A model generated the notes under the pieces. That model saw only the letters and a list, made by a program, of their open reading frames with translations. It ran no database searches and had not been told where the DNA came from. From IMG/VR virus record IMGVR_UViG_3300040758_000113: a stretch of 64,000 nucleotides of DNA, one strand, 5' to 3'. Position numbers and translations under genes: made by a program. Of this stretch, positions 9,568-17,675 are shown piece after piece; position 1 is the first letter of the stretch; the number at the start of each line of letters is the position of its first letter. The stretch is from a virus.

Positions 9568-10119
9568 TCATTTATCAAGTACAACATTCCAGTATAGGTA
9601 CGGTGCGTAATCTTTCCACTCGTTCCTTATCTTGCTGATATGCAGCTTGAAGTTGAAGCGGGGGTCCGTGGGCTTCGGCGTATAGGGCTTGCTGAGCAAG
9701 GTCATGCCCGCCTGCGCCGGGGTACGTCCGGCCTTTTCCTTGTTGCACGGCATACAGGCGATGGCAAGGTTGTCCCAGTCGGACTTGCCCTTCTGGCAAA
9801 GCGGGATGACGTGGTCAATCGTGTATTCCGAGGTGTGGACCACCTTGCCGCAGTACTGGCATGTTGCATTGTCACGCACTAACAGGTTGCGCCGGGTGCA
9901 GGGGACGGACTGCTTCTTACGGCGATGCCAAGCGTTGCGAACGACTATCACCCTTGGCATGCCCATTTCAAAGGACGGTGAGTGCAGGACCTTCCCGCCC
10001 TCGTCCTCCTTGACAATCTTGGCACGGTCCTCGAACCAGAGCTTGACGGCGTTCTGCCAGCCCATGAAGCCCACGGGTATCCAGTTCATGTCTAGTACAA
10101 GTACGTCAGCGTATCCCAT
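9568..10119 (-). CDS. HNH endonuclease
   Basis: YCGKVVHTSEYTIDHVIPLCQKGKSDWDNLAIACMPCN. Confidence 0.8.
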   Translation of the reverse strand: MGYADVLVLDMNWIPVGFMGWQNAVKLWFEDRAKIVKEDEGGKVLHSPSFEMGMPRVIVVRNAWHRRKKQSVPCTRRNLLVRDNATCQYCGKVVHTSEYTIDHVIPLCQKGKSDWDNLAIACMPCNKEKAGRTPAQAGMTLLSKPYTPKPTDPRFNFKLHISKIRNEWKDYAPYLYWNVVLDK

Positions 10120-10742
10120 AGAGCCTCCTTATCTAAGATTCGGAAAACCGTTAATCCTCGCTCGTTGCCACACCGAATGTGATCGATGGCTAATTGCCGG
10201 TAAGCCTGCGCACGACCCCTATAGCCGTCCATCGCTCTTCGCACTCCGGTATCCGCCCATAGGACTAGGCGGCGAGTCAAGCTTTTAGGGTTTGGGCGGG
10301 GTGTAACCGGTCTTCTCTCAGGTTCATATCCATCGAATTGGCCGGTCTCATTGCCGTACACCATACGGGTTGATGTGGTCGGGTTTCTTATGGTGTCTCA
10401 CCCCGAGGCCCACTGCGTTGTCCTAACGCTCTCACCCCGCCCGAACAGCGCCCCTGTGACCACGCCCTTAAGACATCGCCCCCGGTTATGTCAACTCACC
10501 AGAGACTTAGGTCGGTCAGGAGCACCAACTTAAACCCAACGGCGTGCAGCCAGCGTACTGGCGGTTTGGCTTCGCTTTCTACGGGGTTAATGACCGGTCC
10601 CCCTCGTCGCCCGGAAGCCGCTTGTGCAGGCACGGTATCCCGATTTCTGCCACGACAACCGTTCCCATCAGTCTTGCCGACCCTACGGGACCTTGCACGC
10701 CATTCTTGGTAATACCACAGAGATTGAGAAACAAACGAATAA

Positions 10743-11144
10743 TTAAATTTCAGGATGGTGCTCCTTCCTGTGACAGTTAGAGCATAGTATTTCGCATTTT
10801 CTTATCTCAGCAAGGATTCGTTTCTTTCCCCAACCTTGGTTCACAGCTTGCCTTATTGACATGTCTTTTTTGCTTGAATCTCTATGATGAAAATCTAAAC
10901 ATGCAGGATGATTTTCCGGGCAACGAGCACATTTTAGAGAGCGTTTGAACTCCTTGAACCAATCTCTAATTTCTTTCCTTTGGTTCTTTGCTCGGATAAG
11001 ATATGGCTCTTTGTGATTTTGATAATGTTTTCTCCTGTATGCTTTCATTTCTTCTTGATGAGATGTTTTCCAAGCTTCTGTCGCCATACAATCCTCCAAT
11101 ATATGAGTTGCATAGCGTAGATTTGGAGACTCTATCTGCACCAA
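10743..11144 (-). CDS. HNH endonuclease
   Basis: CARCPENHPACLDFHHRD...CSNCHRKEHH. Confidence 0.8.
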   Translation of the reverse strand: MVQIESPNLRYATHILEDCMATEAWKTSHQEEMKAYRRKHYQNHKEPYLIRAKNQRKEIRDWFKEFKRSLKCARCPENHPACLDFHHRDSSKKDMSIRQAVNQGWGKKRILAEIRKCEILCSNCHRKEHHPEI

Positions 11145-11163
11145 AAATTTACATTAGAATCTT

Positions 11164-11251
11164 GGCAGGGGTGGAGGGATTTGAACCCCCAGTATCCCGA
11201 AGGAAGACGGTTTTGGAGACCGCTGGGCCGAACCAGATTGCCCGTCACCCC
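11164..11251 (-). tRNA. type-II tRNA-like gene; anticodon loop read as CUCCAAA (CCA); atypical A8/C9
   Basis: encoded CCA, GGGGG-TTCAAAT-CCCTC T-arm, 7-bp acceptor, 18-nt variable arm. Confidence 0.5.
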
Positions 11252-11349
11252 TAAACTCACGCCGGTGTCTTATCCAAATAAACGAAGGTCAAGACCAAGA
11301 GTACCATGGTTATCTTGGTCACAGCTACCATGAGGCTACGCTGTACCAT

Positions 11350-11422
11350 GTCCTACGGGGACTCGAACCCCGTTTTTCCGGCTGCATCATGGGAGACGCT
11401 CTACCATTGAGCTACGCCCCGC
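11350..11422 (-). tRNA. tRNA-like element (canonical D-arm GTAGCTCAATGGTAGAGC and T-arm; acceptor/anticodon not resolved by hand)
   Basis: GGGG-TTCGAGT-CCCC T-arm; G-1-like 5' end. Confidence 0.35.
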
Positions 11423-11502
11423 ATGGCGGGGCGACGGGACTCGAACCCGCAACCTTCTCCCTGAATCAATCCCCGGTATCCTACCATTGAATGACGGGTC
11501 GC
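11423..11502 (-). tRNA. tRNA-like element (T-arm and CCA present; acceptor pairing not resolved)
   Basis: TGG + CGGGGCG + ACGGG-ACTCGAA-CCCGC on plus strand. Confidence 0.35.
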
Positions 11503-11581
11503 TGGGGGCGTTCTGCCTGACGGGAAGGCTACTCCATGCGATTATCCGGTGGGACTCGAACCCACATTTTCCGGGCTAGCT

Positions 11582-11658
11582 TGGCTCCGAGGGGAGGACT
11601 CGAACCTCTCATTAACCGGGTCAGAGCCGGTTCTCCTACCGTTAGAGGACTCTGGAAT
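11582..11658 (-). tRNA. tRNA-Gln(CUG)-like (imperfect acceptor stem)
   Basis: anticodon arm ACCGG-GTCAGAG-CCGGT gives loop CUCUGAC; GGAGG-TTCGAGT-CCTCT T-arm; encoded CCA. Confidence 0.45.
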
Positions 11659-11718
11659 ATCTTGCTATTTACGTCAACTTTTAGCCCCAGAGGGGTAAAC
11701 TTGACGTATAAATCAATC

Positions 11719-11798
11719 TTGGTCGGCGTGGGGAGATTTGAACTCCCGACCCCTCCGCCCCGAACGGAGTGCTCTAAACCGGGCTGAGCTACACACCG
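11719..11798 (-). tRNA. tRNA-Pro(CGG)
   Basis: full cloverleaf by hand; loop UUCGGGG; acceptor CGGTGTG/CACGCCG; encoded CCA. Confidence 0.8.
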
Positions 11799-11808
11799 AA
11801 AATTTAAA

Positions 11809-12399
11809 TCAGACGACCCCGGAATAATCTTTGCTTTTATTTCCCGGAACCCAATCCGCAAATAACCCAAGCTCCCTAACTTTTCGCATTGTATCAGCGA
11901 TTAGTAACCACGCTTTGTAGGGCATATTTCCTCGAACAATGTTACATCTTGTGCAACAGGGAATTACGTTACTTTTCAAATGACCCCGCATGTTATCTAA
12001 TCGGTCCAACCCAATGCGTAGTTCTCTTTGGGTTACTCCACAGTATCGGCAGCCAGTGGATATAAGAGCAGCTACGTAGTTCCGGTCAAGGTCGCAGGCA
12101 AACCCATGGCGTTTATCCCAACTCTTGCAGTCGTTTGTAACATGCCTTGCTTCGCCTTTATACCTTTGGGTGCTTAGAGTCTGTTTCCTTCGCTCGTAAA
12201 CCCCCTCGGTCATTCCATGTCGAGGTTTCCAACGTTTGTTATGCTTATTAAAGCAAATACGGCATAGAAATCGGTAATACTTATTCCCATTAGACCAACG
12301 TGTTGGGAAGTTCTTACCGTCCTCAGTTAATGCCTTCCCACATTTTTTGCAGATGTGTGGAAGTCTTACATTCACTCCACCAACTTCTTGACTCTTCAT
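11809..12399 (-). CDS. HNH endonuclease (start moved to MKSQEVGG; upstream part of ORF is antisense of a tRNA)
   Basis: LDRLDNMRGHLKSNVIPCCTRCN HNH_3-like motif; Cys-rich N-terminus. Confidence 0.65.
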   Translation of the reverse strand: MKSQEVGGVNVRLPHICKKCGKALTEDGKNFPTRWSNGNKYYRFLCRICFNKHNKRWKPRHGMTEGVYERRKQTLSTQRYKGEARHVTNDCKSWDKRHGFACDLDRNYVAALISTGCRYCGVTQRELRIGLDRLDNMRGHLKSNVIPCCTRCNIVRGNMPYKAWLLIADTMRKVRELGLFADWVPGNKSKDYSGVV

Positions 12400-12443
12400 A
12401 CTAATAGATACTGAAGTCAGAAGATTGGTCGGAGTGATATTTT

Positions 12444-12518
12444 TGGTCGGGGCGAGAGGATTTGAACCTCCAACGACTTGCTCCCAAAGCAAGTGGGTTA
12501 CCGTTACCCTACGCCCCG
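12444..12518 (-). tRNA. tRNA-Pro(UGG)
   Basis: anticodon arm CTTGC-TTTGGGA-GCAAG; acceptor CGGGGCG; encoded CCA. Confidence 0.8.
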
Positions 12519-12555
12519 GCACAAGTTAGGCCGTTCAGCTACAGCCCGTAAACTT

Positions 12556-12630
12556 TGGTCAGGTCCGGCAGAGTCGAACTGCCAATCACTAGTCCCCCAG
12601 ACTAGGGCATTACCATTATGCTAGGACCTG
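12556..12630 (-). tRNA. tRNA-Pro(GGG)
   Basis: anticodon loop CUGGGGG; perfect acceptor CAGGTCC/GGACCTG; encoded CCA. Confidence 0.75.
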
Positions 12631-12786
12631 ATAATGGAGGTTTGGCAGTACTCCCCCAGCTAATCAGAGCCAGTACTCGTCAACCTCCAAACGGTGACGG
12701 ACAATGGGAGGTTTTCACCTCTCGGGCCTCAGCCCACATACTCAAACCGGTTAGCCTTGCCAGTCCAGTATGCTTCCGCCATAACT

Positions 12787-12861
12787 TGGTAGCTCGCACA
12801 GGAATCGAACCTGTGACATCCGCCTTATGAGAGCGGCGTTCTGCCACTGAACTAGCGAGCC
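12787..12861 (-). tRNA. tRNA-Met(CAU), elongator-like
   Basis: anticodon loop CUCAUAA; D-stem GTTC/GAAC; encoded CCA. Confidence 0.8.
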
Positions 12862-12981
12862 AGAACGTACGTGGTGTTTGGGAGCCATGATGGTTGCGCT
12901 GCGCCACACCATGAGTATGTTACCCGACAATTACGCCGCCCAAACAATGGCCTTTTAAGGGGCACTCACGTACGGCTTGAG

Positions 12982-13052
12982 TTGCATGGGTGGAATCGAA
13001 CCACCGACCTCCCGGTACCCCGGTCGCTCTTCCGCTGAGCTACAAGACAACC
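12982..13052 (-). tRNA. tRNA-like fragment (T-arm GGTGG-TTCGATT-CCACC plus palindromic CCGGGGTACCCCGG hairpin instead of anticodon arm)
   Basis: no encoded CCA; acceptor pairs only 5/7. Confidence 0.3.
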
Positions 13053-13058
13053 CTAAGA

Positions 13059-13135
13059 TGGTAGCGGGGATGGGAATTGAACCCACCTTTACAGAGCTTA
13101 TGAGACTCCGAAACTCACCAGAGTTATACCCCGCA
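13059..13135 (-). tRNA. tRNA with CAU anticodon (Met/fMet/Ile2 candidate; U1-U72 mismatch)
   Basis: anticodon arm GGAGT-CTCATAA-GCTCT; encoded CCA. Confidence 0.7.
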
Positions 13136-13144
13136 TCAAACCAT

Positions 13145-13185
13145 ACGCTACACCGCATATCTGTTGCTAATACGCTGTAGCGTAT
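13145..13185. promoter_or_regulatory. 10-bp perfect inverted repeat ATACGCTACA...TGTAGCGTAT between two tRNAs
   Basis: seen directly in sequence. Confidence 0.4.
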
Positions 13186-13190
13186 CAAGG

Positions 13191-13264
13191 TTGCGGAGGC
13201 TGGATTTGAACCAGCGGCCTGTTGGTTATGAGCCAACCGAGCTACCTGACTGCTCTACTCCGCT
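13191..13264 (-). tRNA. tRNA with CAU anticodon (A1-A72 mismatch, initiator-like end)
   Basis: anticodon arm GTTGG-CTCATAA-CCAAC; D-stem GAGC/GCTC. Confidence 0.7.
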
Positions 13265-13270
13265 ATAACT

Positions 13271-13348
13271 TGGTGCCTCCCCAGAGAGTCGAACTCTGTT
13301 CTCCCGCTCTTCAGGCGGGCGCTATGCACCGCATCAGCTAAAGAGGCA
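13271..13348 (-). tRNA. tRNA-Phe(GAA)
   Basis: anticodon loop CUGAAGA; encoded CCA. Confidence 0.8.
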
Positions 13349-13378
13349 AAACCAAACTTTCAAACTTCTCGGCATTAT

Positions 13379-13415
13379 CTTGAGAGCACCTTAAGTCCTA
13401 TAATACGCTCTCAAG
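13379..13415. promoter_or_regulatory. hairpin CTTGAGAGC...GCTCTCAAG with CCTATAAT in loop
   Basis: 9-bp inverted repeat; same CCTATAA loop motif recurs upstream of two GIY-YIG genes. Confidence 0.35.
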
Positions 13416-13422
13416 AGCATCT

Positions 13423-13498
13423 TGGTGGGTCGGGAGGGAATCGAACCCTCAACCTTGGGCTTAAGAGGCCCCTGCTCTGCCAGTTAAGCTACCGACCC
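13423..13498 (-). tRNA. tRNA-Lys(CUU)
   Basis: loop CUCUUAA; perfect acceptor GGGTCGG/CCGACCC; encoded CCA. Confidence 0.8.
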
Positions 13499-13503
13499 AA
13501 ATT

Positions 13504-13580
13504 TGGTACCGCCGAGAGGACTCGAACCTCCAACTCCTCGGGCAAGAGCCGAGTACTCTGTCCAGTTGAGTTACGGCGGC
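13504..13580 (-). tRNA. tRNA, anticodon read as CUU with G37 (isotype uncertain)
   Basis: anticodon arm CTCGG-CTCTTGC-CCGAG; encoded CCA. Confidence 0.6.
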
Positions 13581-13586
13581 ACATCT

Positions 13587-13666
13587 TGGTGGAGCCGGTG
13601 GATTGGGTGCCCACGACCGTCCGCTTAAAAGGCGGCTACGCTTAACCACATCTGCGTCACGACTCC
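13587..13666 (-). tRNA. tRNA-Lys(UUU) (non-canonical T-loop)
   Basis: loop CUUUUAA; acceptor GGAGTCG/CGGCTCC; encoded CCA. Confidence 0.65.
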
Positions 13667-13672
13667 ATATTT

Positions 13673-13747
13673 TGGCTCTGGAGGAGGGAATCGAACCCCC
13701 AACCATTCGGTTAACAGCCGAACGCTCTACCGTTGAGCTACTCCAGA
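13673..13747 (-). tRNA. tRNA-Asn(GUU)
   Basis: loop CUGUUAA; perfect acceptor TCTGGAG; encoded CCA. Confidence 0.8.
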
Positions 13748-13912
13748 AGAAACTGTCTCCTTCTCAGGCGGATATATAGACGAGTTGTTATGACACATCG
13801 TCCCTGAGTGCTCGCCTGAACCATACAACGGCTGGTGCTGTTTGCCCTCACAACCTGCCAACCAAGGGCGACCCTCATCACACCAGCGACACTCGCTCAT
13901 ACGACCTCAAAC

Positions 13913-13985
13913 TGGCTGGGACGGCAGGACTCGAACCTGCATTCTCCGGGTAACAGCCGGGCATCTTACCATTGGATGACATCCC
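13913..13985 (-). tRNA. tRNA-Asn(GUU)-like second copy
   Basis: loop CUGUUAC; encoded CCA. Confidence 0.6.
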
Positions 13986-14133
13986 AACAAACAGTGACCA
14001 GTGACAACCGCCCTCCGCAGGGGCGGGAAGTGCATAGCTGGGGACCTCGCCTGTTCCGAAGAACTGGTGCCCTGCTTACCACCGAACCCATCAGACTCGC
14101 CATCCCTTTGGGTGCGTCACGTGGTCTCAATCT

Positions 14134-14213
14134 TGGAAGCCCCGAGGGGATTTGAACCCACTGACCTTCGGTTTCGTAGACCGCTGCTCTAGTCCGGGCT
14201 GAGCTACGGGGCC
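14134..14213 (-). tRNA. tRNA-Arg(ACG)
   Basis: loop CUACGAA; acceptor GGCCCCG/CGGGGCU; encoded CCA. Confidence 0.8.
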
Positions 14214-14620
14214 TCAATCTTGTACCAACCTCTTTCTTTCTCTGTTTTACGACGGTGACAGTTGGCGCATCGCACGTCGCACTTAACTATCTCAGCCTTT
14301 ATCGTCTTTAATGATGCCTTCATTTGTGTCATTAAAGTTGAAACGGCTGCTAATTTCTTTTCTCCTTCCCGATGGTCAAACTCAAGGACTATCGGGTCAG
14401 ATTCTCCACAGTCGATACAGGGGTGAGTCATCAAATACTGTAAGACCCACTCTATGGCTTCTTTCCTATACCTTGCACCATTCCGTTTCGCTTTTTCAAC
14501 ATACGAGGTCTTATTCCTCTCGTAGTTTTGCTTATTGTAGCCTCGCTGGCATTCGAGGCAGTATGGTGCTGACCGGTGCTCTTTTTCCTTACCACATTTG
14601 TAACAGTTCTTAGACCTCAT
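14204..14620 (-). CDS. HNH endonuclease
   Basis: CIDCGESDPIVLEFDHREGEKK...CANCHRRKT; 3' end overlaps tRNA-Arg by ~10 nt. Confidence 0.8.
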   Translation of the reverse strand: MRSKNCYKCGKEKEHRSAPYCLECQRGYNKQNYERNKTSYVEKAKRNGARYRKEAIEWVLQYLMTHPCIDCGESDPIVLEFDHREGEKKLAAVSTLMTQMKASLKTIKAEIVKCDVRCANCHRRKTEKERGWYKIEAP

Positions 14621-14659
14621 ACTAAAGGACTACGAAGTCCAATTACTGTTTTCAAATCT

Positions 14660-14735
14660 TGGAACCCCTGACAGGATTCGGACCTGCGACCATCCGGGTC
14701 GAAACCGGGCGCTCTGTCCACTGAGCTACAGGGGC
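14660..14735 (-). tRNA. tRNA-Arg(UCG)
   Basis: loop UUUCGAC; acceptor GCCCCTG/CAGGGGU; encoded CCA. Confidence 0.7.
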
Positions 14736-14741
14736 CTAATC

Positions 14742-14819
14742 TGGAAGTCCCGGTCGGATTTTAACCGACGACCTTCTCCTTCGGAGGGAGTTGCTCTATA
14801 CGGGCTGAGCTACGGGACC
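14742..14819 (-). tRNA. tRNA-Arg(CCG)
   Basis: loop CUCCGAA; acceptor GGTCCCG; encoded CCA. Confidence 0.75.
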
Positions 14820-14902
14820 ATATATTGGGGTGAATGACGAAGTGGGCTGCCCCCGCCCCCTCGGACCAGACCGAGTACCCTGTGGGGTTCACTCACCAAA
14901 CT

Positions 14903-14977
14903 TGGGGTGACTGAGGGGAATCGAACCCCCGTATCCTGATTCACAGTCAGGCACTCTGCCACTGAGTTACAGTCACC
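14903..14977 (-). tRNA. tRNA-His(GUG) with G-1
   Basis: loop CUGUGAA; extra 5' G opposite C73. Confidence 0.8.
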
Positions 14978-15011
14978 ATAAACGCAAAAAACCCACCCAA
15001 AAACCCATCTT

Positions 15012-15389
15012 ATGACTTCCACTGTCTTTAATATGGGACAGTGGATTCATAGAATGCTTTTTGTTAACAAAGAAACTAAAACCGGGCTTTGTGCCGCCTG
15101 TGGAGATGTTAAAGTGCGACTCAAAGGTGGTAAGTATCTTTGCCGTAACTCACAAGCCCGTTGGACTGGAAGGTGTAACTACCCCTCTCATCCATACCGA
15201 GATAAGTCAAACCCCCCGAGAGTCTGCGATGAATGCGGCTTTGTTGCTAAATGCTCGTGCCAGATTGACATCCATCACATTGATGACAACCACGCTAACA
15301 ATCAGCCAGAGAACCTCCGTCCTCTATGCGTATGTTGTCACCGACTCATTCACTGCAAGTGCAAAATAAAAAAGCCCACAGAACCTTGA
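15012..15389 (+). CDS. HNH endonuclease
   Basis: CDECGFVAKCSCQIDIHHIDDNHANNQPENLRPLCVCCHRLIH. Confidence 0.8.
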   Translation: MTSTVFNMGQWIHRMLFVNKETKTGLCAACGDVKVRLKGGKYLCRNSQARWTGRCNYPSHPYRDKSNPPRVCDECGFVAKCSCQIDIHHIDDNHANNQPENLRPLCVCCHRLIHCKCKIKKPTEP

Positions 15390-15529
15390 GTTCGGTGGGC
15401 ATCCTTGCACTCTGTTCGCTTTTTCGCTATGCGACTCCTGCGAACGGAAGCCCACCGAAGCTTGGGCGGCTAAAATGCCGCTTAGGCTGCCACTGCATCG
15501 GGTTTGGTTTCCTATTTCGCATGTCTCTC

Positions 15530-15606
15530 CAAAACTGGTGCCCCTTTCGGGGCGTAAAATGGTAGGGGCTTTCGCCCCCTCAAACTGGTGGGCCTTTCGG
15601 CCCGGA
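15530..15606 (+). repeat. three tandem ~25-nt units, each AAA(C/A)TGGTR + GC-hairpin with CUUUCG loop
   Basis: GCCCC-TTTC-GGGGC, GGGGC-TTTC-GCCCC, GGGCC-TTTC-GGCCC; just downstream of HNH gene. Confidence 0.6.
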
Positions 15607-15967
15607 ATCTTGTGAGGCTGACCGGGTAACAATATCGTCCGGCTCCCCGCCTCAATTTTACCCCTACAAGTATAGGGTCGGTAGTTCGTTTTCTTCCTTC
15701 ACTTACATAATACCACGGTTTTGGGAGAATATGGGGATTTTTTTAATCGGCCATTTATTTACTGTGAACCTAACTTTAGTTCCCGATAACTTGTCTGATT
15801 TCCATTGGTTAGCCGTTCAGCCCGTATATCCCCGGTATTACCTCAAGGGCTGTCCAAATACTTCCCACCGGTCAACAAACCCGTCACTTCCTTTGTAACC
15901 CCGGATAAGCCGATTGGAGTTAATGACCGGATTAGAGTAAAGCGGCATCGTGGGAACCATAATGTAT

Positions 15968-16429
15968 TCAGGTTCCCTCCCATGAAATTTCCAACCAAGT
16001 ATGATACATGTTGTAGGGTGTCTCGGAGCCGCATTCGCCGCCGCTGTTCAAATAAGCGGCACTGTCATCATGCTCCACCCACCCTTCTTTGACCGTGACT
16101 TTGTAGCCGTCTCGGCGTAGCTTGGTGATGATTTTCTTTAGCTCGGCAGCGAACTCAAAATTCTTGAAAAACTTCTGTTCCCCGGCAAGCGGGCGGTCAG
16201 TCCAATTCTCCGTGGATAGCCGGTAGTCTTCAATTTTTGTTATGCCGTCTTTTATACGGGCGTCAATACGCCATTGAATGTCTTCGAGAGTTTTGGCGTA
16301 GTACTCTTTCCGCTTTTTCTCTTCCGCAGCCGCCCGCTGAACCTTGCGCTTGGCGGACTCCTCCACTTTCTCCCGAGCAATACGTTCAGCGTTGGTCTCA
16401 GCGAGCGCCCTTGCTTCCGCTGCCCTCAT
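15968..16429 (-). CDS. hypothetical coiled-coil protein (start at ATGA overlap with NTase stop)
   Basis: ATGA coupling with upstream NTase gene. Confidence 0.55.
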   Translation of the reverse strand: MRAAEARALAETNAERIAREKVEESAKRKVQRAAAEEKKRKEYYAKTLEDIQWRIDARIKDGITKIEDYRLSTENWTDRPLAGEQKFFKNFEFAAELKKIITKLRRDGYKVTVKEGWVEHDDSAAYLNSGGECGSETPYNMYHTWLEISWEGT

Positions 16430-17364
16430 AGCCACTTCCTCTCTTTCCAATGTTTCACGATGGCCCCGGCGACGAGCTTGCTGACCTTATCCCGGTCACA
16501 TTCCGGGGGAAGCGGGGTGTTCTTCTCTGCTTCGGGTACTTCATTCCGTAAAACCCCATATAGGTCTAATACTTCTTTTAGACCAAGTTTTCCGGTGCGA
16601 ATGTTAAGCAGGAGGGTCTTCTCCGGTCGGGGGAAAGTCATCCTGCCGGTCCGCAAAAGCTCAAGACATTCTTGGATGCCTCGAATCATGTGCATAGCCG
16701 CTTGGGGGTCGTAGCCGTACTCTTCCTTCTCGGCTTTCCGGGTCCCGTGCTTACCCGTGCCCTCCCCAAGCATCCGGTGGAACTGGTTATCCGCCAACCC
16801 GATAAAGGCTTTCGCCGCCCGTGCGGACAGGAAGTCATTGGTGTTGGGCAGAATCATGGTGTCCCACACCGTGTTTGTATGCGCCTCCCGGTTACGCCTC
16901 ACGCACGTGCTGTCCCGGTAGCCCTCATGGTCGCTTATGCAGCTTGGATACTCACACTGCTGCGCATCATAGGGGCAGGACCAGCGTGCCTTTGGCTCCA
17001 AGGATAGGTCCTTGATGCTGTCCGGGACAAACAGGAAGGAAAGCGCCGAAGGATTGCCCTTAAGCGCCAGACCCGCCCAACGGCGTAGGGAGTAAGCTTT
17101 GATGTCAACGTCCGCCTTGGTGTTCTTGCGCTTGTCTCCTGCCGTGCTAGCGCTCGCATGACCCATTTTACGAGGGTTCTCGTTGTCAAGTTGGAGTTCT
17201 TCTTCCGGGCGACCCACAAACACGCCGGACACATCAAGGTCGGCCTTGTCGTCCATCCGGGCACCATGCTGCCAACTCCCGGAGGCGAAGGCGAGAATCA
17301 GGCTATTGGGGGCAACCTCCCCAATCTCCACCAACGCTTGTTTGAGCTTTCCGTAGAATTCCAT
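16426..17364 (-). CDS. Pol-beta-superfamily nucleotidyltransferase (possibly CD-NTase/MNT-like), start at MEFYGKL (TAATG coupling)
   Basis: GSWQHGARMDDKADLDV matches GS-x-G...[S/A]DhDh; later DVDIK acidic residue; helical C-terminal domain. Confidence 0.65.
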   Translation of the reverse strand: MEFYGKLKQALVEIGEVAPNSLILAFASGSWQHGARMDDKADLDVSGVFVGRPEEELQLDNENPRKMGHASASTAGDKRKNTKADVDIKAYSLRRWAGLALKGNPSALSFLFVPDSIKDLSLEPKARWSCPYDAQQCEYPSCISDHEGYRDSTCVRRNREAHTNTVWDTMILPNTNDFLSARAAKAFIGLADNQFHRMLGEGTGKHGTRKAEKEEYGYDPQAAMHMIRGIQECLELLRTGRMTFPRPEKTLLLNIRTGKLGLKEVLDLYGVLRNEVPEAEKNTPLPPECDRDKVSKLVAGAIVKHWKERKWL

Positions 17365-17675
17365 TAGAACACCGGTACCTTTGTGATATTTTCCTTGGTT
17401 TGCTGCGTTGTCTCCACCACCCCGCACCGTCCACAAGTCCTTATCCAACGGGGAATTTCCTGCCGGGGCACATCCGTGGGAAGTTGCCGGTCAACCCCCA
17501 TGGTGCCGGGCGGGTCGCCAGCGATATGGTACGCTTCGTGGATGATGGGGTCATACACCGGTTTACTCCACGCATGGCAGCACCGCAACTCCGCCTCCGC
17601 CAGCCGTATCTTCGCTGATTGAAGTTCGTTCTCCAGCCGGACTACCTCTGCCCTGAACACTTGTACGGGTAGCAT
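17364..17675 (-). CDS. hypothetical protein
   Basis: ATGA/TAATG coupling at both ends. Confidence 0.5.
   Translation of the reverse strand: MLPVQVFRAEVVRLENELQSAKIRLAEAELRCCHAWSKPVYDPIIHEAYHIAGDPPGTMGVDRQLPTDVPRQEIPRWIRTCGRCGVVETTQQTKENITKVPVF

Noticed and set aside
11350-11502. Permuted (3' half upstream of 5' half) tRNA gene hypothesis for the two unresolved tRNA-like elements
   Set aside because: The linker would be only 3 nt and no bulge-helix-bulge processing motif is evident. A simple inter-gene hairpin, pseudogenes, or my own fold error are more likely, so it is kept as unresolved rather than claimed.
12618-14217. Numerous 60-110-aa ORFs on both strands within the tRNA array
   Set aside because: They are translations of tRNA sequences and spacers (characteristic GIEPPT, SNPLAP-type peptides).
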